A stretch of 46,004 bases of DNA, taken from contig NC_068990.1 of the NCBI RefSeq assembly GCF_001194135.2, forward strand, positions 50,075,306-50,121,309, read 5' to 3'. The translations under genes were made by a program, and so were the position numbers. Below the pieces are notes generated by a model. The model made no database searches, was not told where the DNA came from, and saw only the letters and a list, made by a program, of their open reading frames with translations. Below are positions 11,186 to 22,789 of this stretch, piece by piece. Each line of letters begins with the position of its first letter. Within the stretch, counting starts at the first letter, position 1. This DNA is from Octopus bimaculoides (taxonomy: Eukaryota).

Positions 11186-12600
11186 AATCATCATCTTTTA
11201 ACATAAATTTTCCATGTTGGCATAGTTTGATGAGAGCTGTGTTTTAGCAAGGTTTTTACAGGTGGATGTCCTTCCTAATGCCAACCACTTTATAGTGTGT
11301 ATTGGCTGCTTTTTTCTTGGTACCAGCACCAGTGGGGTCACATAGTAACATGTAAGGCAAGACAAGGTCTCCTCAAATGGCAGGATGTAGTATTGAGGGA
11401 GGTGACTTTGTGCCAGTTGATGAGAGGTTAAAAGAGTAATAGAGGGATAGAGATAGGTGTCCTGCTGCAGAAGAGTTGCAAGAACACACCAGTTGGAGAA
11501 TAAGGGAGAGAGAGAGATAATAGTAGATATGCGTCAGGACATATCCTCAAGGCATAGTGGTAGGTGAATATAGGTGAAGTGGTACAGAAGTTTGGACTGG
11601 GAAAATCATCATAACTTAATGTCTGCTTTCCATGCTGGCATGGGTTGGATGGTTTGACAGGAGTTTGTTGTTACATGTGGGAGGGACACAATACTTCTAG
11701 CACTCAATTTTGCTGACATGTGGGGTGGGGGGTCTTCTCTAGAACTCATATCACCAAACATCTTGGTCCATTGTCATTTTGTCCATGAGCCCCAAAAGAT
11801 CAGTCATCACTACTTCATTCCACATCTTCCTGGTTCTCCCTCTTCCACAGGTACCATCTACTTTCAGTGACAGGCATTTCTGTATACAGCTGTCTTTACT
11901 CATATGCATCACATGTCCAAATCAATACATTCTCCTCTCCTGCATGCCACATTTAAACCCTCCTTATGCTTAACTTTTCTCTCAACACAGTTGTGCTTTG
12001 TCGGTCATGCACACTTATGTTGCAAATCCAAGGGAGCATACTATCTTCATCCTTCTCCAGTCAGAGCCCATGTCACACTACCATGTAATATAACCATTCT
12101 CACACAAGCATCATATAATCTACCCTTCACTCTGAGAGAGAGTCCTTTTGTTGCTGACAGAGGTAGTAGCTCTCTGAATTTCATCCATCCTATTCTTATT
12201 CTAGAAACAACACTTTCAGAGCAGCCACCACTATTATTAAATAATAGAAACTATCTACTACTTCAAGGGAACATCGTGTCTTAGTGCTTATTGTTCCTGA
12301 GCATCTGCCACACATGAAAGTGACTTTATCTGTTAACCTAACTGCAATTCCACTGCATCTCTTATGTGTCCAAAGCTTACACTTGGTGCACTTTCCTACA
12401 TATTGGGCAAGGCCATTTACCATTTATCTGCTTTCTCACTAACAATAACTTTAGTCTTTGCTAAGTTAACTTTAAGGCCCTTTGATTCCAGGTTTTGCTT
12501 CCAAACCTGGAACTTCTCCAATTCTGCTACAGATTCTGCAAACTATGGTGAATGAGAGTGGATTAAGAACTGATTCCAGGTGAACCCCAACTTGTACACT
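11186..12600 (-). mobile_element. Two stacked RTE LINE 3' ends (about 11186-11600 and 11606-12600), the second with ORF remnants
   Basis: (GAT)n tail and family C core. Minus-strand peptides CTKCKLWTHKRCSGI...FMCGRCSG...LEVVDSFYYL and FQVWKQNLESKGLKVNLAKT. Confidence 0.8.
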
Positions 12601-13199
12601 AAATTCATCATCGAAAGAGAAAATGGAAGTTAAGTTTTTAATCTTTGTCTTATTTTATTTTATTGTGTCTGGGGAGAGTCATTCTCTTTTAGTGCCTTAT
12701 TATTTTATTTTATTTTAATGTAATGCCATTTAATCTCTCTCTCTCTCTCCCATTCTGCATCCTTGCCCAGTTGATTTCTCATCTGTTTATTTGTTATTAT
12801 GTAGCTTAGATCAGTACGAATTCTTCTATGTTATATGTTAGCAGGTAGATTAGAACAGTATGGTTTTTTTATATGCTCCTAAGTTTATATGATGATATAT
12901 AGTTTGAAAAGTTAATTTATGATATTATGTGGCTTAGGGTGTATTAATGATAATAATTACAATAAAATGTTGAATAAAATCATAATTAACTGATCCTCCT
13001 GTATTTTCTTTTACTCAAAACCAGGAACTTTTCAGCACCCACCCGTATGTTATACACACACACACACACACACACACACATATTTTTATATATAAGAACA
13101 CAAATGAGTCAAAGGTTCACTACAGCTGTTTCAGAAACATCTTTTTTATTGACGAATAGTTCAATTACAACAATTATACCATGTAATAGCTGTTTAAAA

Positions 13200-14010
13200 G
13201 TTTAGCTTAGAGAAAAAAATACAAGGTGTGGATTGACCCTCTCAATCCACATCTTGTGGTCTTTATTACTCAAAATGCAGTACAGCAAATGGTAGAATAC
13301 TTCTAATATCATAAAATACAAGCAAAATAGGTACTGCAGCAGTTGGTATCTGATTTGAAGGGGAGAAGAGTGGAAGTCAGCTCTGAACTGCTGGAAGCAT
13401 TTGAAGCCAATGAAGACTTGCTCATTTGTTTCTTTCTGATCTGATGACAGACAAAACATGATTTATCTTTAAGCATGGAATGGAATCACACCTCTTCTCC
13501 AAGACCTCAAATGTTCAAGAGCCAGTAAACAGAATAAGTCAGGGCGAGAGTTTTTTGGGATAAGAAAGGATTTATTCACTTTGATTTTCTGGAACATGGC
13601 TATACAGTGACCCATGGACAGTACACTGAAACACTCAAAAAGCTTACAGAAACCATTAAGTAAAAGAGACCAAATAATCTGAAAATGATCCACATTCACC
13701 ATGGTAATGTGCAAACACACATCTTTGACAAAAGTCAGGCAATCAGCAAACTGAAGTTGTCTGTTGTCCTCCATCATACAACCTAGATCTGGCATCTTCA
13801 ATGTCCACTTGTTTGGTCCAAAGAAAGATAGTGTTCAAGGAACAATGCTTTAATGACACAGATGAGGTGAAAGTGGTTATTGAGAAGTAGGTACAGCAGT
13901 GTACACCTGAATTTTTTCAAGAAAGATTTGAGAGTTGGATTCAGTAGTGGCACAAATATATTGCCAGTGATGAATATCATATTGTGTAGTATCTTTGTAT
14001 AGAGGAAAAA
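13200..14010 (+). mobile_element. Decayed mariner (Tc1/mariner) transposase relic
   Basis: Plus-strand peptides VFWDKKGFIHFDFLEHGYTVT, IHIHHGN and PSYNLDLAS (the PYSPDLAP motif). Many stops and frameshifts. TIRs unresolved. Confidence 0.75.
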
Positions 14011-14127
14011 TTACTCTCCCAACATGTGTAATTTGAATGACTTAAGTTTGTTAATATAAATGTTATGCCCATGTTTTGCACATTACTTTCAGTATAACCA
14101 TTGTGTATATATATGTGTGTGTGTATT

Positions 14128-14465
14128 AACCATCATCATCGTTTTACGTCCGTTTTCCATGCTGACATAGGTTGGATGGTTTGACTGGGATCTGGGAAGC
14201 CAGGAGGCTGCACCAGGCCCCAATCTGATCTGGCAGTGTTTCTACAGCTGGATGCCCTTCCTAATGCCAACCACTCTAAGAGTGTAGTAGGTGCTTTCTA
14301 CATGCCACCGGCATAGAAGCCAGTCAAAGCTGCGCTGGTATCGGCCATGTTTGGATGGTACTTTTTATGTGCTACCGGTACAGCGGTCACAACTACAATT
14401 TCCATTTGATTTGATTTTGATATTGCCGTTGATGATGTACTTGACTCAATAGGTCTCCTCAAGCA
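14128..14465 (-). mobile_element. RTE 3'-end repeat (family C)
   Basis: CATCATCATCGTTTTACGTCCGTTTTCCATGCTG...GGATGCCCTTCCTAATGCCAACCAC core. Confidence 0.8.
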
Positions 14466-14754
14466 CACATACACACATATATAGGGGCAGGCATAGCACC
14501 TTAAGCAAGTGTCTTCTATTATAATTCTGGGCTGACTAAAGCCTTGTCAGTGGATTTGGTAGACAGAAAATGAAAGAAGTCTGTCATATATATGTAGTTG
14601 TTTATGTCTCTTTATTTTGACCTCACATCGTAAGTGAATGTAATTCATTTTCAATATTGGGAAACATGTCTGGCCATAGCTAAGTATATACCTAGCTGGT
14701 GACAGGAAGGGTGCCCAAATATAGAAAATGGAAAAACAATGTATATTGATATAT

Positions 14755-15990
14755 ATCATCATCATCATCATCGTTTAACGTCTGCTTTCCATGCTAGCAT
14801 GGGTTGGACGATTTGACTGATGACTGGCAAACCAGAAGGTTGCACCAGGCTCAAATCTGATCTGGCAGAGTTTCTACAGCTGGATGCCCTTCCTAACACC
14901 AACCACTCCGAGAGTGTAGTGGGTGCTTTTACATGCCACTGCCACGAGGGCCAGTCACACGGTACTGGCAACGGCCACGCTCAAAAAGGTGTTTTTTACA
15001 TGCCACCTGCATGGGAGCCAGTCCAGTGGCACTGGCAATGACCTCGCTCGAATGATTTTCTAACATGCCTTCAGCACAAGTGCTAGAAGGCGACGCTGTT
15101 AACGATTACACTGAAATGGTGCTATTTACGGGCCACTAGCACGGAAGCCAGACAGCTGCTCTGGCAATGAATACGCTCGGACAGTGCTGTTAGTGCTCCA
15201 CTGGCGCAGGTGCCAGTCATCGAGTATGGTTCAATTATAATTTCGATTTCACTTGCCCCAACAGGTCTTCGCAAGCAGAGTTTAGTGTCCAATGAAGGAG
15301 AGGTTGGCATGAGTGCCAGTCGTCGGATTCGGTTCAATTTCGATTTCAGATTTCAAATTTCAAATTCCAAATTTACTTGCCTCAACAGGTCTTCGCAAGC
15401 ATACTGGCTTCATTCCTTGTGAGCTTACGCATGTCCTCAGCAGTCACGGCCCATGTTTCACTGTCATGTAGCATGGCTGTTCATACACATGCGTCATACA
15501 GTCTGCCTTTTACTCTGAGTGAGAGGCCCTTTGTCACCAGCAGAGGTAAGAGCTCTCTAAACTTGGCCCGGGCTATTCTTATTCTAGCAGCTACACTTTA
15601 AATGCACCCTCCCCACTACAAACTTGGTCACCTCGGTAGCAGAAGCTATCAACTACGTCTAGTTTTTCTCCCTGGAGTGTGGCAAAGGTTGTTTTCTGCA
15701 CATTTTCAGTGTTTATTGCTCCTGAACATCTGCCACATAAAAAAACTAACTTCCTAGTTAACCTTCTTTTGATATTACTACACCTCTTATATGTCCATAG
15801 TTTACACTGGGTACATCTTATAGAGTTTCTACTTACGCCTTTTCTACAGATTGAGCAGGGCCATCTACCTGAAGGGGTTTGTGTTTTGTTTACCTTCCTA
15901 CTTATTAGGACTATGGTTTTAGCTAGGTTGACTCTAAGGCCTTTCGATTCTAGTCCTTGCTTCCACACCTGAAACTTCTCTAGTTCTGAT
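14755..15990 (-). mobile_element. 5'-truncated RTE LINE with Cys-rich (PHD-like) region and 3' UTR
   Basis: ORF 15968-15591: WKQGLESKGLRVNLAKT...WPCSICRKGV...CTQCKLWTYKRCS...FLCGRCSG...VVDSFCY. (GAT)n tail at about 14755. Confidence 0.88.
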
Positions 15991-16006
15991 TGTGTGTATG
16001 CTTGTG

Positions 16007-16559
16007 TTATTCTAAGGCTGTGGTGGATATGTCATTTGTTGTAGATGCATTCAAAAGGGGTCTGTATTTTGTAATAAAGAGAGTCTCTTTACCAATTTGT
16101 TGGCTACAGGTTGTATCGTCCTTGAATTGGTAGAGGGGAAAAATTCTGAAGCTTGGATTTTTGTTATTGGCGCAAATGTCGATGTGTTGACTGAATGCTA
16201 TTTTTCTGTTTTGGGGAATTTTGATCTGGGATCCATGTAGAGCCATCCTTTGATGTAGACTGTTTTTTGTTTGGCCAATGTATTGCTCTTGACACCCAGA
16301 GCAGGTTAGTGCATATATCAGGTTCTCCAAAGCAAATGTGAAGTTGCTTTTCACTGTGAAACGTTCCAGTTTGAAGGAGAACTCTGATCCCTCAATTAAA
16401 TTGACGCATATCCCAACACAGAAGTTGTCAGTAAAAAAATACGGAAGACCCAACTGTGGGATATGTGCCAATTTAATTGAGGGAACAGAGTTCTCCTTCA
16501 AACAAGGACAATGTCTCACAGTGAAAAGCAGCTTCACATGTGCTTTGGAGAACCTGATT
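16007..16559 (-). mobile_element. Penelope-like element GIY-YIG endonuclease fragment with an inverted partial copy
   Basis: ORF 16537-16007: NLIYALTCSGCQEQYIGQTKNSLHQRMALH...ETLFITKYRPLLN, a GIY-YIG domain preceded by a CxxC linker. An inverted copy of the linker lies at 16457-16559. Confidence 0.88.
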
Positions 16560-16834
16560 TACAGGGTGAGGAAGCAACTGGACTAGATTAGAAATCTCCA
16601 TTTCAAAAGCTGTGTTACTGCTTGCATCTTTGATTTGTTCTGCATAAAAAGTATACCACTCTGTAGGATTTGATGAGAAATATTTTGGGGATTTTGGTTC
16701 ATTCAAAAATTCCACCGATAAGTACAAAAATAATCAAGTTTATGGTTATTTTTCATTTTATTTTCTTGATATAGTATCACACAATACAATACTATTACAT
16801 TTTTACTTTATCCTTACTTGCATGGATAGATTGG

Positions 16835-17692
16835 TCTATTATTAAAGCTGAATTACTTTTATTCCATTGCTACTTAGACATCTTAATTCAGCAGTCATAG
16901 AAATAAATGCCTCTCGATTTCTTAAAAAAAATTACAATGGTTTACTACTTCTTTGAACATCAATTTTTCAATGAGCTATATTTCTTCATTTCGTTATCTT
17001 TTCACTTTTTAGTTAACACTTCATCCTATGTAAACCAACACGTTTTTGTTAGTTGTTAAGCTTATTAACTTAAGGCCTTATTTTTCATGCATTTTTAGTA
17101 TCGTTAGTGGCCCCCATCATGCCATGCCGTCTATATCGCCTTTTCAATGGTTGCGTCATTTCAAATGCAATTGTAAGCTATGTGTTTTTAGTTTGATGAA
17201 GACTGTTCACCCGTATTTAACATTTTTTTCCTTTCTCGGTCACGGTCACCTTAAAAATCACACGCCGTCCTCTCAATGCTGCACAACTCTCTCTTCTTAT
17301 TGAACACCGGTTGTCTATGTGCCACCCTCCCGTTAGTCCGAGTAAGTTTTCTATTAAATTTTCCTTTCCCATTTTTCCAAACCATTCAGTTTGCATTTTG
17401 TCTTTTAGGATTGGAAAAAACGGGAGTGGGTGATGTCAAAAGGACTGGCATGTGCAACCTGATCACTTCTGCCAGTCAAACTCCTGACTCATGCATTCAC
17501 GTCGCGACACTGATTCTGCAAAATTGAGTTGTGTGTGAGTGATCGCTTTTTGAGAGACTGTATTATCCATTTGCATAGTATTTTTCCAATTAATTTTTTA
17601 ATAAACTTTTCATTATTAAAAAAAACTTTTTAGGTTTTTAAAATGAGTCAGTTCAAGAACAGAACCCGAATGAAATTGCGTCAAAAAGCTAG
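16835..17692 (+). mobile_element. Probable non-autonomous Helitron
   Basis: 5' end TCTATTATTAAAGCTGAA. 3' end is a degenerate hairpin CCCGAATGAAATTGCG followed by CAAAAAGCTAG|T. No TIR or TSD. The 5' flank is G rather than the usual A. Confidence 0.6.
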
Positions 17693-17911
17693 TATATATA
17701 TATAAACCTATTTAGATTAGTTAAATGACAAATTTTTTTAGAGTGATTAATCTTGAAATTCAAAGCTCAGTTGAACAAAATTAGCTCCAAAACAGCTTGC
17801 AGAAAGATTTTCATTTTATAAAGAAACACCAGTCAGATAACTGAAGAAATAATATATCTTCAGATTTTGTAACAATGATAAAAAAAACAACAAAATGTGC
17901 AATAAACTCAC

Positions 17912-18066
17912 CAAGCCTGTAATGAATAAGTCCTCGGTTATAATAGGTTACTGGAAGTTGAGTATGATCTAAACCTTTTGTATAATCACTAACAGCTTCA
18001 GGAAAGTCAACATTCAAATATCGAAGATGACCACGATTGTTGTATGCCAGAGCAATCTGTTCTTGT
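17912..18066 (-). CDS. TTC32: TTC32-like internal exon: QEQIALAYNNRGHLRYLNVDFPEAVSDYTKGLDHTQLPVTYYNRGLIHYRL(G)
   Basis: Acceptor CATTTCCATTGTAG and donor G|GTGAGT. TPR motifs AYNNRG and YYNRG match TTC32 (LATAYNNRGQIKYFRVDF...PYYNRGLILYRLG, from memory). Confidence 0.92.
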
Positions 18067-18368
18067 CTACAATGGAAATGAATGACAATTCCTTACATGG
18101 AAATTATGTCAGGCAAAGGGAAATGGGAAGTTGTATCAATCATGTATTTCTGAAGAGCATTAATGAAAGTTCTAACTAGAAATCAAATTACAGTTGCAAA
18201 ATGAATCAATTCAAGAAAAAAAAACTTACCGAAAAATTCAGAGCTTCGCACAGGAGTAGAAAATAATACAATAATATTATATTTAAAAGATATGAAATAA
18301 AAAGAAAAAATTACTTTTGAAGTAGAGAAAAATAATATTTCTAATTAATTCTAAATATCCTTTATCTA

Positions 18369-18535
18369 GGTACAGACAAGGGTGTGTGGTTAAGAAGTAT
18401 GTTTTGTAATTCCATGGGTTCAGGTTCAGTCCCACTGCATGGCATCTTGGGTAAGTATCTTTTACTGTTACTCCAGGCTGACTAATATCTTGTGAATGAA
18501 TTTGACATGAGTATGTGGATGCCCATCATATATAG
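18369..18535 (+). mobile_element. tRNA-derived SINE (family A), diverged
   Basis: GGTGTGTGGTTAAGAAG...GGTTCAGTCCCACTGCATGGCATCTTGGGTAAGTATCTTTTACT. Confidence 0.7.
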
Positions 18536-18857
18536 ATGACATCTTCATCATCATTTAATATCCACCTTCAATGCTGCCATGAGTGAGATGGTTTGACAGG
18601 ATCTGCCAAGTCAGAAGACTGCACTTACACGTGTGTGCAGGGAAGTTGTGATTGTCTCTCACCATTTGACAACCAGTGTTTATTTCCCCTGCCCTAACAT
18701 AGCTGTTTGGCAAAGGAGACAGATAAAGTAAGTACTGGGGTCAATCGATGGCCTAATGCCTCCAAGGCAGTGCTGTAGCATGGCTGCAGTCCAATGAGTT
18801 ACACAAAGAAGAATAAAAGAATCAATGTTTTTTTTTGTTAATCCTTGTTTTACTAAC

Positions 18858-18879
18858 CTGCATGAAACTTCTCCTGAAC
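18858..18879 (-). CDS. TTC32: Probable 22-nt TTC32 exon: (x)GT TCA GGA GAA GTT TCA TGC AG = SGEVSC(R)
   Basis: TCATAG acceptor and CAG|GTTAGT donor. Its phase-2 end fits exon 18066 and gives SGEVSCRQEQIALAY, aligning with vertebrate ..SKCSPEDLATAY. Confidence 0.55.
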
Positions 18880-20989
18880 CTATGACATAAAATTTTAATT
18901 TTTTTTAAGTTTTCATGTTTAAATTAGAACCTTCAGTCAGTTTTACATAAGAACTTTTTGATAAATTCCAAACAGATTAGAAATAGGAAAATCAGTTGCT
19001 TTACAAAACTCTTCAAAATTCCCAATTATTTTCAAAATTAACCGAAATACACAATAGAAATATGGCAACAAAAGGGATACTATTTTTTAAATTTATTTAT
19101 TACTTTTAATAGAAAGATGGTGAACTGGCAGAGTCATTAAAGCAGGCATGGGCAACCTACTGCCCATGGGCCAGATGTGGCCCACGAAGCTTTTTTTCTG
19201 GCCCGTGGAGACTCATAGTAGCATGGCCGTGAAGTGGTTAATTTTCTAATCTGGCTGACTAGTAGAGTAAATAGGCAAAAATGAAACAAGCTTTCATGGA
19301 ATGCAATTTAACAAAAATTCTAGGAAAGGTGAATGGACTAAATTCGTAGAATCAAAATAGAGAAAGTGAAACTCATGTTTCCCTGAAAAAGAGACAGGAA
19401 ACATCAGTAATAAAATAAAACTAATCTTAAGCCCTACTAATCAGTGAGTAGCTAACTTTCAATCCGTAAGGTTCTCTCTTCTTGACACTAACGAATAATC
19501 AACATGTCATTCACGCACTCACTCAAATTCTCTCAAAACCAAGAACCAGTTTAGTGAACGACCAAGCTACTAACTCAAGACATTCCAAGCCTTTTAATTT
19601 GCTAATATGCAAAGGCCAGAAATAACTCAACTCAAATGCATTTATCCAAATAATTGAATATCAAGAATATCAGCTATACACAACATACTGCTTTATTCTT
19701 ATTCCTCTGATCAAGTATGTATTTTCCTTATATAAAGTTTATATTTCACACTCCAATTTAGGCTCTGTTATTTATCACTACAATCTATATTTTTTCCTCG
19801 AATTATCCAACCCTTGAATGTCATCATCAAAAAAGAGAAAAGTGGATAACGAATCCCGAGTGTTTCAAGAAAAGTGGACCAATGATTATTTTTTCATACA
19901 AATCTAAGACAAACCAGTGTGTTTACTCTGCTCAGAATCAGTTTCTGTCATTAAAGAATATAATGTAAAAAGACACTACATCTCCAAACGCTCATCTCAT
20001 TACTTAAGTTTTCAAGGTCAACGTAGGAAAGAAAAAGTTGAAAATTTAATAAAAGATTTGAAAGAGCAGCAGACAATTTTTTTCAAGAGACGTGAAGATA
20101 CTGAACATATTATTCATGCTAGTTATATCATTAGCGAGAAAATTGCAAAACATTCGAAAAATTATTCCAATGGTGAATTTGTAAAAGAATACCTACAAGC
20201 AGTAGCTGAAATTTTTTGTTCAGGTCAAAAAAAAAAAAAAAAAAGAAATTGATATTATTAGTTTGTCTCGTAGAACTGTAACAAGACAGATTGATGAACT
20301 TGCAACTAATGTAGAATCAGGCTTGAAAAGACTTTCTTCGCATTTTAAATATTTTTCCTTAGCTAGTGATGAGAGCACTGAAGTATCAAATACAGCCCAA
20401 CTTGCAGTTTTTGTACATGGAATTGATCAAGATTTAAATATCACAGAAGAAATGCTTGGTCTTTGAGGAATGAATGATACCACCAGTGGGAAGGATATTT
20501 TTCAAGAATTGAAAATGTTAATGGCCAGATTTAATCTACATTTCAAAAACCTTCATGGTTTATCAACAGATGGTGATCCTGCTATGGTTGGCAGTAAAGC
20601 AGACTTAGTTTCTAAAATCAGATCAGATTGGCTTCTACGAATATAGAAACAAAAGATTTATCCATTTTTCATTGCATAATTCACCAGGAGAATTTGTGCG
20701 CCAAGTCACTCAACATGTCATGTCCAAGGTTGTTTCGAGTATAAATTTTATAAAATCTCAAGCTTTGAACCACTGCCAGTTTAAATAATTTCTTGAGGAT
20801 ATTGAGGCAGAATATGGAGATTTGGTTTACTATTGTGAGGTGCAATGGGTGAGCAAAGGGAAAATGTCAAAATGATTTTATAATCTGAGGAGTGAAATTT
20901 TTACATTCATGGAAATGAAAGGAAAGTCTATGCCTGAATCGAGTGATGATGGCTGGATATGTGATCTTGCTTTTCTTGTTGACTTTACT

Positions 20990-21301
20990 CTTTTCTCTTT
21001 TACTTGTTTCAGTCATTTGACTGCAGCCATGCTGGAGCACCGCCTTTAGTTGAGCAAATTGACCCTAGGACTTATTCTTTGTAAGCCTAGTACTTATTCT
21101 ATCGGTCTCTTTTGCCGAACCGCTAAGTTATGGGGATGTAAACACACCAGCATCAGTTGTCAAGCGGTGTTTTGTGTGTGTGTGTGGGGGGGCAAACACA
21201 GACACAAACATATACACACACACATATATACGACGGGCTTCTTTCAGTTTCCGTCTACCAAATCCACTCACAAGGCTTTGGTCGTCCCGAGGTGCCACGC
21301 A
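20990..21301 (-). mobile_element. SINE family A inserted in the hAT transposase
   Basis: TTGTTTCAGTCATTTGACTGCAGCCATGCTGGAGCACCGCC tail plus ACGACGGGCTTCTTTCAGTTTCCGTCTACC core. The hAT frame resumes after it (DLNLKLQG). Confidence 0.85.
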
Positions 21302-22226
21302 GTGACACTTTGATCTTAATGACCTTAATTTGAAATTGCAAGGAGATGGCCAATTCATTCATCAGTCATACAGTCATATCAAAACAAAATGTNNNNNNNN
21401 NNNNNNNNNNNNNNNNNNNNNNNNNNNNNNNNNNNNNNNNNNNNNNNNNNNNNNNNNNNNNNNNNNNNNNNNNNNNNNNNNNNNNNNNNNNNNNNNNNNN
21501 NNNNNNNNNNNNNNNNNNNNNNNNNNNNNNNNNNNNNNNNNNNNNNNNNNNNNNNNNNNNNNNNNNNNNNNNNNNNNNNNNNNNNNNNNNNNNNNNNNNN
21601 NNNNNNNNNNNNNNNNNNNNNNNNNNNNNNNNNNNNNNNNNNNNNNNNNNNNNNNNNNNNNNNNNNNNNNNNNNNNNNNNNNNNNNNNNNNNNNNNNNNN
21701 NNNNNNNNNNNNNNNNNNNNNNNNNNNNNNNNNNNNNNNNNNNNNNNNNNNNNNNNNNNNNNNNNNNNNNNNNNNNNNNNNNNNNNNNNNNNNNNNNNNN
21801 NNNNNNNNNNNNNNNNNNNNNNNNNNNNNNNNNNNNNNNNNNNNNNNNNNNNNNNNNNNNNNNNNNNNNNNNNNNNNNNNNNNNNNNNNNNNNNNNNNNN
21901 NNNNNNNNNNNNNNNNNNNNNNNNNNNNNNNNNNNNNNNNNNNNNNNNNNNNNNNNNNNNNNNNNNNNNNNNNNNNNNNNNNNNNNNNNNNNNNNNNNNN
22001 NNNNNNNNNNNNNNNNNNNNNNNNNNNNNNNNNNNNNNNNNNNNNNNNNNNNNNNNNNNNNNNNNNNNNNNNNNNNNNNNNNNNNNNNNNNNNNNNNNNN
22101 NNNNNNNNNNNNNNNNNNNNNNNNNNNNNNNNNNNNNNNNNNNNNNNNNNNNNNNNNNNNNNNNNNNNNNNNNNNNNNNNNNNNNNNNNNNNNNNNNNNN
22201 NNNNNNNNNNNNNNNNNNNNNNNNNN

Positions 22227-22413
22227 CATATACACACACACATATATACGACGGGCTTCTTTCAGTTTCCGTCTACCAAATCCACTCACAAGGCTTTGGT
22301 CGGCCCGAGGCTATAGTAGAAGACACTTGCCCAAGGTGCCACGCTGTGGGACTGAACCTGGAACCATGTGGCTGGTAAGCAAGCTACTTACCACACAGCC
22401 ACTCTTACGCCTA
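22227..22413 (-). mobile_element. SINE family A, young copy with intact tRNA-like head
   Basis: Minus strand: GGCGTAAGAGTGGCTGTGTGGTAAGTAGCTTG...GGTTCAGTCCCACAGCGTGGCACCTTGGGCAAGTGTCTTCTACTATAGCCTCGGGCCGACC. Confidence 0.88.
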
Positions 22414-22789
22414 TGAGAATGAATAAATTATTTTATTGATTCAACTACATTTATTTTATATTAATAAATTTTGTTCTTACCCTTATTTTAATATCCTTAT
22501 TATATTATAAAGTAAATACTTGTATAAGCACTTGTATACATATTTTGTAAGTCTATAATTAGGGCTCTGGCCTACGACTTTGGTGAGAAAACTTAATCTG
22601 GCCCGCACATGGAAAAAGTTGCTCATGCCTGATATATATACGCATATGTATGTATACATATATTTATATGTATATTTGTTGGCAATGTTATGAAAACTTG
22701 GAATCTATTATGGCCCAAAATATCCTATATAGTATGTTTCTATTTATTAAATTAGATTAGTAGAATTATAGCAGTTAGTTGAATTATAC

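Larger units (their letters stand above)
19143..22631 (+). mobile_element. hAT DNA transposon (SPIN/GTF2IRD2-like transposase), decayed, with SINE insertions and a gap
   Basis: TIRs CAGGCATGGGCAACCT (19143) and AAGTTGCTCATGCCTG (to 22631). Transposase from ATG 19818: RVFQEKW...PVCLLC...KEYNVKRHY...SLSRRTV...FSLASDESTE...STDGDPAMVG...HCII. TSD not recoverable. Confidence 0.9.

Noticed and set aside
13105-13150. Minus-strand GAAACAGCTGTA resembling hammerhead stem III
   Set aside because: The CUGAUGA box is absent, and the segment may simply be mariner 5' sequence.
16473-16727. Minus-strand ORF MYLSVEFLNEPKSPKYF...
   Set aside because: No recognisable motif or splice context. Its 3' part is just the antisense of the Penelope inverted arm.
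17069-17254. TTAA-GG...CC-TTAA, suggesting a Kolobok/piggyBac-like unit
   Set aside because: No TIR beyond 2 bp. The Helitron termini explain the region better.
18230-18243. 14-nt segment with a GTAAGT donor just upstream of TTC32 exon 18066
   Set aside because: It has a TGA in the frame needed for the main acceptor and works only with cryptic acceptors. The 22-nt exon fits better.
21330-22416. Long ORFs of 286-356 aa (also 3237-3911 and 23565-23927)
   Set aside because: Artefacts of N runs read as X.
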